A DNA stretch of 54,014 bases from Chiloscyllium plagiosum (lineage: Eukaryota), in NCBI RefSeq assembly GCF_004010195.1, contig NC_057752.1, positions 2,707,004 to 2,761,017 of the forward strand, written 5' to 3'. Each line of letters begins with the position of its first letter. Position 1 is the stretch's first letter. The position numbers and the translations under genes were made by a program. The notes under the pieces were generated by a model, which saw only the letters and a list, made by a program, of their open reading frames with translations, had not been told where the DNA came from and made no database searches. Below, one piece after another: positions 48,770 to 54,014 of this stretch.

Positions 48770-49680
48770 GTATCACCTACACATCCGGCGTTTGCAAGAG
48801 GTAGGAGGTTAGTGGTGATTCTACCGAAGACACACTTCTCCTGGTATTCGTTAAAAATGTTAGCAAGAGCTGAGCCTCAAGGAGATCCCATGGTAGCATC
48901 ATCTGTTTGGGCATTCTGGTTTCATCGAACAGTGCCCAGTCTATCTCTGGTTGCCCTGGAAGGGGAAGATGTCTTAAGCATCTGAACAATGGATGAAGCT
49001 AGCTGTCTCAAGCAGCTACTATTGCAGTAAACACACAAGTGACTTTCATCACGAACAGGATGTATTTGCCTGTCACACCAATCAGTAATGTGATATGAGT
49101 TTCAGTACCGATATGATGTCAGGTATGTAGGCCGTATTCGATAACTGGCAGATCATATCAAATAACACTTCCTTTTGACTGTCCATAGTGGGCAGTTTGC
49201 CAACTGCACTCAACCAACCTGTGCTTACAAAATTCAGAACGTACTATCCAGTATGAAATGTGATTTTACTTGTGGGCAACATTTACTAAGTAACCCTGAC
49301 TATATACAAAGTTCACTGGAATCCAATTTTAACAGAATCAGTTGGGCTTGCATTGTGCATGTGATGGGAGCTCCATATATTAACACATAGGCCTCTGTTG
49401 TTTTTTCACAGTGGTAAAGGGTTGTAGAGCTGCCAATCCTTGCTGCATTCCCCCATGGTAACACCCTGACCAATCAGAATTCACCTGTCTGGCCTGAGTT
49501 TAATCAGCTAACAAAGATTGACAGTTAATACTTCCTGCTGCATCTCCATGCCTACCATTGTCCTACCATCATCACCCTCTTCTCACACTGTATAAATTGG
49601 TGTTTCCTTTCAAAGTTTGATTTCTTGCATTCCAGTCCTGATGAGGGCAAGACAAAAAGTTTTGATTTTGTCTCTACCTT
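48770..49680 (+). mobile_element. Decayed PLE of a second family (GIY-YIG region and terminal region)
   Basis: About 49085-49170 reads, with frameshifts, SNVI-YEFQYRYDVRYVGR...LADHIK, a GIY-YIG-like pattern. CTGATGA at about 49638 has an eroded GAAA partner. Confidence 0.65.
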
Positions 49681-50619
49681 TTGCCATTTTTCTTGGGGAT
49701 GTTATTTCATTTAATTTCATTTTGGAGAATGATGAATGTTTTAATAGGACTGATGTGCGATTTCCCTTCTCTCCCCACCGCCAATTCCCACATCTGCATG
49801 CAAATTGAAGTCAAATGTGGTTGCCATGGCAATGCTGGTAGGTTTTATTTCACTTCAAATGACAGAGGAATAGCACTTGCTGGTTGGGGAAACAATTATA
49901 GTTAGTTTTGGAATTAGAAGTGTGGCTCAGCTAATAAGTGTGAATAAGGTTTTAGGAACTCAGTCACATGGACTGGAAATGTCCCAGGTTGGATTTGAGC
50001 CGATAATTGACCATTAAGTGATCTTAAATGCAGCGACTCAAAAGTCTAGGAGGCTGGTGAAACGGAGGCCTACCTCTCGCTGGACCAGCAGTCGCCTGTT
50101 TGATTTCATCCAAATCTACCAGGAAATCAGAAGCAATTACTCATTGGCTGGCCTCACTATCTCAAGCAGCAAAACCATCTGACAATACGCTGGGTTAGGT
50201 TTTTTTTGGGGGAGAGTGGGTCTGCCTAACATTGAGGCCAACCTTGTGAGATACGGAGGGATTAAAACAAAGCCAGCCCAACGTGCACAGTTGGAAAATG
50301 ATAACCAATGGTTTCTGAGGTTGTTGGTGGTGGGGATGGTCACAGGAAGGCCCATTTCCATAGCAAACTGCTGACTTTGTTCAACATATCTGCCTTGCCA
50401 ATTGAAAAAGATCACAAGAAGCTCTTCCAAAGCTCATGCAGGAAGGATAGCAATTTGAGTGGAGAAGGCTAATAGCATTCAATGCCTTAATATGAATTTG
50501 ACTTTTCCCTTCAGTTCAGCAAGTGAGTGTACTTGGCAGGAGAGGGGTACTGGGAAACAAGAAGCCGGTTGACCACAATGGAGCATCTCTTGAATCACAT
50601 TTTTGTTTCCACTCCACAG

Positions 50620-50777
50620 CAACAAGAGCAGGACCCAACGAACCTGTACATCTCCAACCTGCCACTAACTATGGATGAGCAGGAGCTCCAAAACATGCTG
50701 AAACCTTTCGGTCAGGTGATCTCCACCAGGATACTGCGGGATGCCAATGGTACCAGCCGAGGTGTTGGCTTTGCCAG
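50620..50777 (+). CDS. RBMS: RBMS-family internal coding exon (RRM2 RNP2 to RNP1)
   Basis: Acceptor ttttgtttccactccacAG at 50618-50619 and donor GTAAAG at 50778. The 158 nt encode [52 protein letters not shown](R). Confidence 0.97.
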
Positions 50778-50883
50778 GTAAAGATGGTTTGAATCAAGGT
50801 GTACAAGCATGGGGCCAATGAGCTTTACCCTACTTGTGGGCTTGGTCTTCACTGGCAAGCTGGGTACCGGTTTTAAAAAAAGA

Positions 50884-51195
50884 GAGTCAGAGAGTCCTAC
50901 GTCACAGAGACAGGCCCTTCGGCCCAAACTGGTCCATGCCAACCAAAATGTCCATCCAAGCGAACCCCATTTCCCTGCACTTAGCCCATATCCTTCTCAA
51001 CCTTTCCTATCTATGTATTTGTCCAAATGCCTTTTAAATGTTATTAATGTACCTGCCTGAAATATGTCTGCTGGCAGCTCTCTCCACACTCTGTGCAAAA
51101 ATGTTACCCCTCAGGTTCCATTTTATTCTTTCCCCTCTCACCTTAAACTGATGCCTTTTAGTCCTCGATTCCCCAACCCTGGGAAAAAGGCAAGC
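50884..51195 (-). mobile_element. CR1 3' tail
   Basis: LFPRVGESRTKRHQFKVRG (ORF 51034..51240). The tail resembles 705-1030. Confidence 0.85.
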
Positions 51196-51524
51196 AGTTC
51201 CTGAGCTTGGGGCCCAGGCAACTGAGGGCATGGCTGTCAATGGTGGGGTTGAAGGAAACCAGGCATGCTGGACGAGGTCGGAATTAGAGATGCACAGATT
51301 TCTGAAGATTTTGGGGATTCAAAGTTGGGGTTGGCTTTTTATTCCTCCTCGTCCTCCACCCATCAACCTGTTCACGGATGGTACAACACACCTCTAGAAC
51401 AGGTAAGATTCAAACCCAGGTCTGCTTGGCTTAGATGTAAGGACACTACCACTGCACCTCAGGACAGACTCTTCAGCAGGGTAACTGAAAAGGAAAATAG
51501 CAGAGGCTTGGAATCAATTGAGGC

Positions 51525-52885
51525 CTGCAGGTGCAGCAAGCAGGGAAGAAGGTAAATGGTATGTTGGCTTTCATAGTGAGCGGATTCAAGTAGATTAGAT
51601 TCCCTACAGCATGGAAACAGGCCCTTCAGCACAACAAGTCCACACCAACCCTCCCAGATCCATTCCCCTACCCTATATTTACCCCTGACTAATGCACCTA
51701 ACACTGGGCAATTTAGCATGGCCAATTCATCTGGCCTGCACATATTTTTGGATTGTGGGAAGAAACCAGAGCACCCAGAGGAAACCCACGCAGACACAGG
51801 GGGAATGTGCAAACTCCACACAGACAGTTGCCTGAGGCAGGAATTGAACCCAGGTCCCTGGCGCTGTGCGATGGCAGTGCTAGCCACTGTGTTGTCCAAA
51901 GTACAGGAGCAGGGATATCTTGCTGCAGTTGTGCAGGGCCTTGGTAAGACCACCCCTGGAGCATTGTGTGCAGTTTGGGTCTCCTTGCCTGAGGAAGGAT
52001 GTTCTGGTGATGGAGAGAATGCAACAAAGTTTTACTGGACTGATTTATGAAGAGAAATTGGATTGGTTAGGACTTTATTCAGTGGCATTTAGAAGAATGA
52101 GGGGAGATCTCACAAAATTTAACAGGTTTACAAACTTGGTTTGTTTTGACTTCAATGTCGAAGGATGAAGGGCGACCTGATAGGAGTTTACAAAATTATG
52201 TGAGGCATGGGTAGAATGGATAATTGGAGTCTTTTTCCTAGGGTAGAAATGTCAATTATTGGAGGACGTAGGTTTAAAAGGGGAAAGTTTAAAGGAAATG
52301 TTAGAGGCAAGGTTTTTTACACACAGGGTGGTAAGTGCCTGGAATGTGCAGCCAGCGATGGTGGTGGAGGCAGACACAATATAGCAATGTTTAAGAGAAA
52401 TCTGGACAGAAATAGGCAGGGAATAGAGGGATATGTACCACATAGAGGCAAAAGGTGTTTAGTTTAGAAAGGCATCATGTGACAGCGCAGACTTGGTGGG
52501 CCGAAGGGCCTGTTCCTGTGATGTTCTGTTCTTTATTCTTTGGTAAATGCAGAGTAAACACAGGAAGGATGTTCCCGATGACCGGGGAATCCAGAACCAG
52601 GGATCACAGTCTCAGGCCAGTTAGGACTGAGATGAGGAGAAATGTCTTCACCCAGAGAATGGGGAGCCTGTGGAATTCTCTGTCACAGGAACCAATGGAG
52701 GCTAAAACATTGAATGTTTTCAAGAAGGAATTTGATATTGTTTGGAGAGTGAAAGGAATTGACGGATATAGGAGAAGCAGGAACAGGGGACTGAACTAGA
52801 TGGTCAGCTATGATCATATTGAATGGCGGAGCAGGCTTGAAGGGCCGAATGGCCAACTCCTGCTCCTATTTTCTGTGTGTCTATA
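51525..52885 (+). mobile_element. CR1 3' fragment with nested inserts (HE1 SINE; a second CR1 tail at about 52160-52540)
   Basis: LCRALVRPPLEHCVQFGSP (ORF 51920..52168) and RMFPMTGESRTRDH (ORF 52455..52799). Confidence 0.85.
51590..51893 (-). mobile_element. HE1-like V-SINE
   Basis: Inverse homologue of 11328-11647, with B box GGTTCAATTCC on the minus strand. Flanked by aagta on both sides (possible short TSD). Confidence 0.9.
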
Positions 52886-53282
52886 AAAAAAAACCTGCTT
52901 TCCTAGTGGAGTAATTGATGATGTACTACCTTCGTGGCTATTAGTGACGAGAAAAAAAATTCAATCCTCGATTAGCTCATTCCACCTCAGAAAAAGGAAG
53001 TTGACCCTCAAACTGGACTGGGTGAGGATATGGATGGTACAATGACTCCCCCTTGTGTCGAGACGGAATTATAACACTAATGATCTTTGAAATGTCTTCG
53101 TTACTGAGCTTTTATTGACAAAAAGTGACAAAGAGCAGGATTGTGGCTCCCCAGATGATGATGTGTGAAACATAGCCTCGTAACATAATGGATATAAAGT
53201 CAAGGGTCAATCCTAGGCTATGCTGACTTAGCTGGGGCATTAACATTGGCCAGAACCCTGCGCGTGGTGGGAGGAAGGTACC

Positions 53283-54014
53283 TGTGTGTGTGTGTGTGAG
53301 AGAGAGACAGTCGGCGTGTGTGTGTGTGTGTGTGTGAGAGAGAGGCAGTCTCGTGTGTGCACGCGAGAGAGTGACAGTCTGCGTGTGTGTGCACGCGAGA
53401 GAGAGACGGTCTGCGTGTGCGCGCGCGCGAGAGAGAGACGGTCTGCGTGTGCGCGCGCGCGAGAGAGAGACGGTCTGCGTGTGCGCGCGCGCGAGAGAGA
53501 GACGGTCTGCGTGTGCGCGCGCGCGAGAGAGAGACGGTCTGCGTGTGCGCGCGCGCGAGAGAGAGACGGTCTGCGTGTGCGCGCGCGCGAGAGAGAGACG
53601 GTCTGCGTGTGCGCGCGCGCGAGAGAGAGACGGTCTGCGTGTGCGCGCGCGCGAGAGAGAGACGGTCTGCGTGTGCGCGCGCGCGAGAGAGAGACGGTCT
53701 GCGTGTGCGCGCGCGCGAGAGAGAGACGGTCTGCGTGTGCGCGCGCGCGAGAGAGAGACGGTCTGCGTGTGCGCGCGCGCGAGAGAGAGACGGTCTGCGT
53801 GTGCGCGCGCGCGAGAGAGAGACGGTCTGCGTGTGCGCGCGCGCGAGAGAGAGACGGTCTGCGTGTGCGCGCGCGCGAGAGAGAGACGGTCTGCGTGTGC
53901 GCGCGCGCGAGAGAGAGACGGTCTGCGTGTGCGCGCGCGCGAGAGAGAGACGGTCTGCGTGTGCGCGCGCGCGAGAGAGAGACGGTCTGCGTGTGCGCGC
54001 GCGCGAGAGAGAGA
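53283..54014. repeat. 32-bp minisatellite CGGTCTGCGTGT(GC)5(GA)5: 19 apparently identical copies from 53407 to the window end, preceded by about 4 variant units
   Basis: cggtct recurs at 53407, 53439, 53471 and so on; 608/32 = 19. Confidence 0.97.

Larger units (their letters stand above)
24931..50619 (+). other. GT-AG intron, phase 0, 25,689 nt including N gaps
   Basis: Joining ...GCAAAG to CAACAA... gives [16 protein letters not shown], contiguous as in RBMS proteins. Confidence 0.92.

Noticed and set aside
50527..50619. N-terminal part of ORF 50527..50781 as coding sequence
   Set aside because: It lies upstream of a clear pyrimidine tract and AG, and RBMS similarity starts exactly at 50620.

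Overview
Vertebrate genomic DNA, most likely a cartilaginous fish (shark-type HE1/V-SINEs, HER1-like CR1 LINEs and Deu-domain SINEs; recognised by eye, no database search). The window appears to be the inside of an RBMS-family gene (RBMS1/2/3 type, two RRMs) on the + strand. Two coding exons are visible: 24839-24930 (92 nt, end of RRM1) and 50620-50777 (158 nt, start of RRM2), separated by a 25,689-nt GT-AG intron. The rest is presumed intron packed with nested, decayed retroelements: CR1-group LINEs, Penelope-like elements (PLEs), a Rex1-like fragment, tRNA-derived SINEs and LTR relics. There are two N gaps and a perfect 32-bp CpG-rich minisatellite running off the right end. The most notable non-genic signals are: (i) several minimal hammerhead-ribozyme cores in PLE termini, three in the sense of the host pre-mRNA; (ii) a tRNA-SINE head running directly into an apparently ORF1-less LINE, with free SINE copies that look like head+tail deletion derivatives; (iii) a TSD-bounded LTR split by a 1.9-kb repeat-rich non-coding element; (iv) an octamer plus RFX X-box pair in unique intronic sequence. 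Repeat boundaries are approximate unless a TSD or splice site is quoted. No prokaryotic-type system such as CRISPR is supported.
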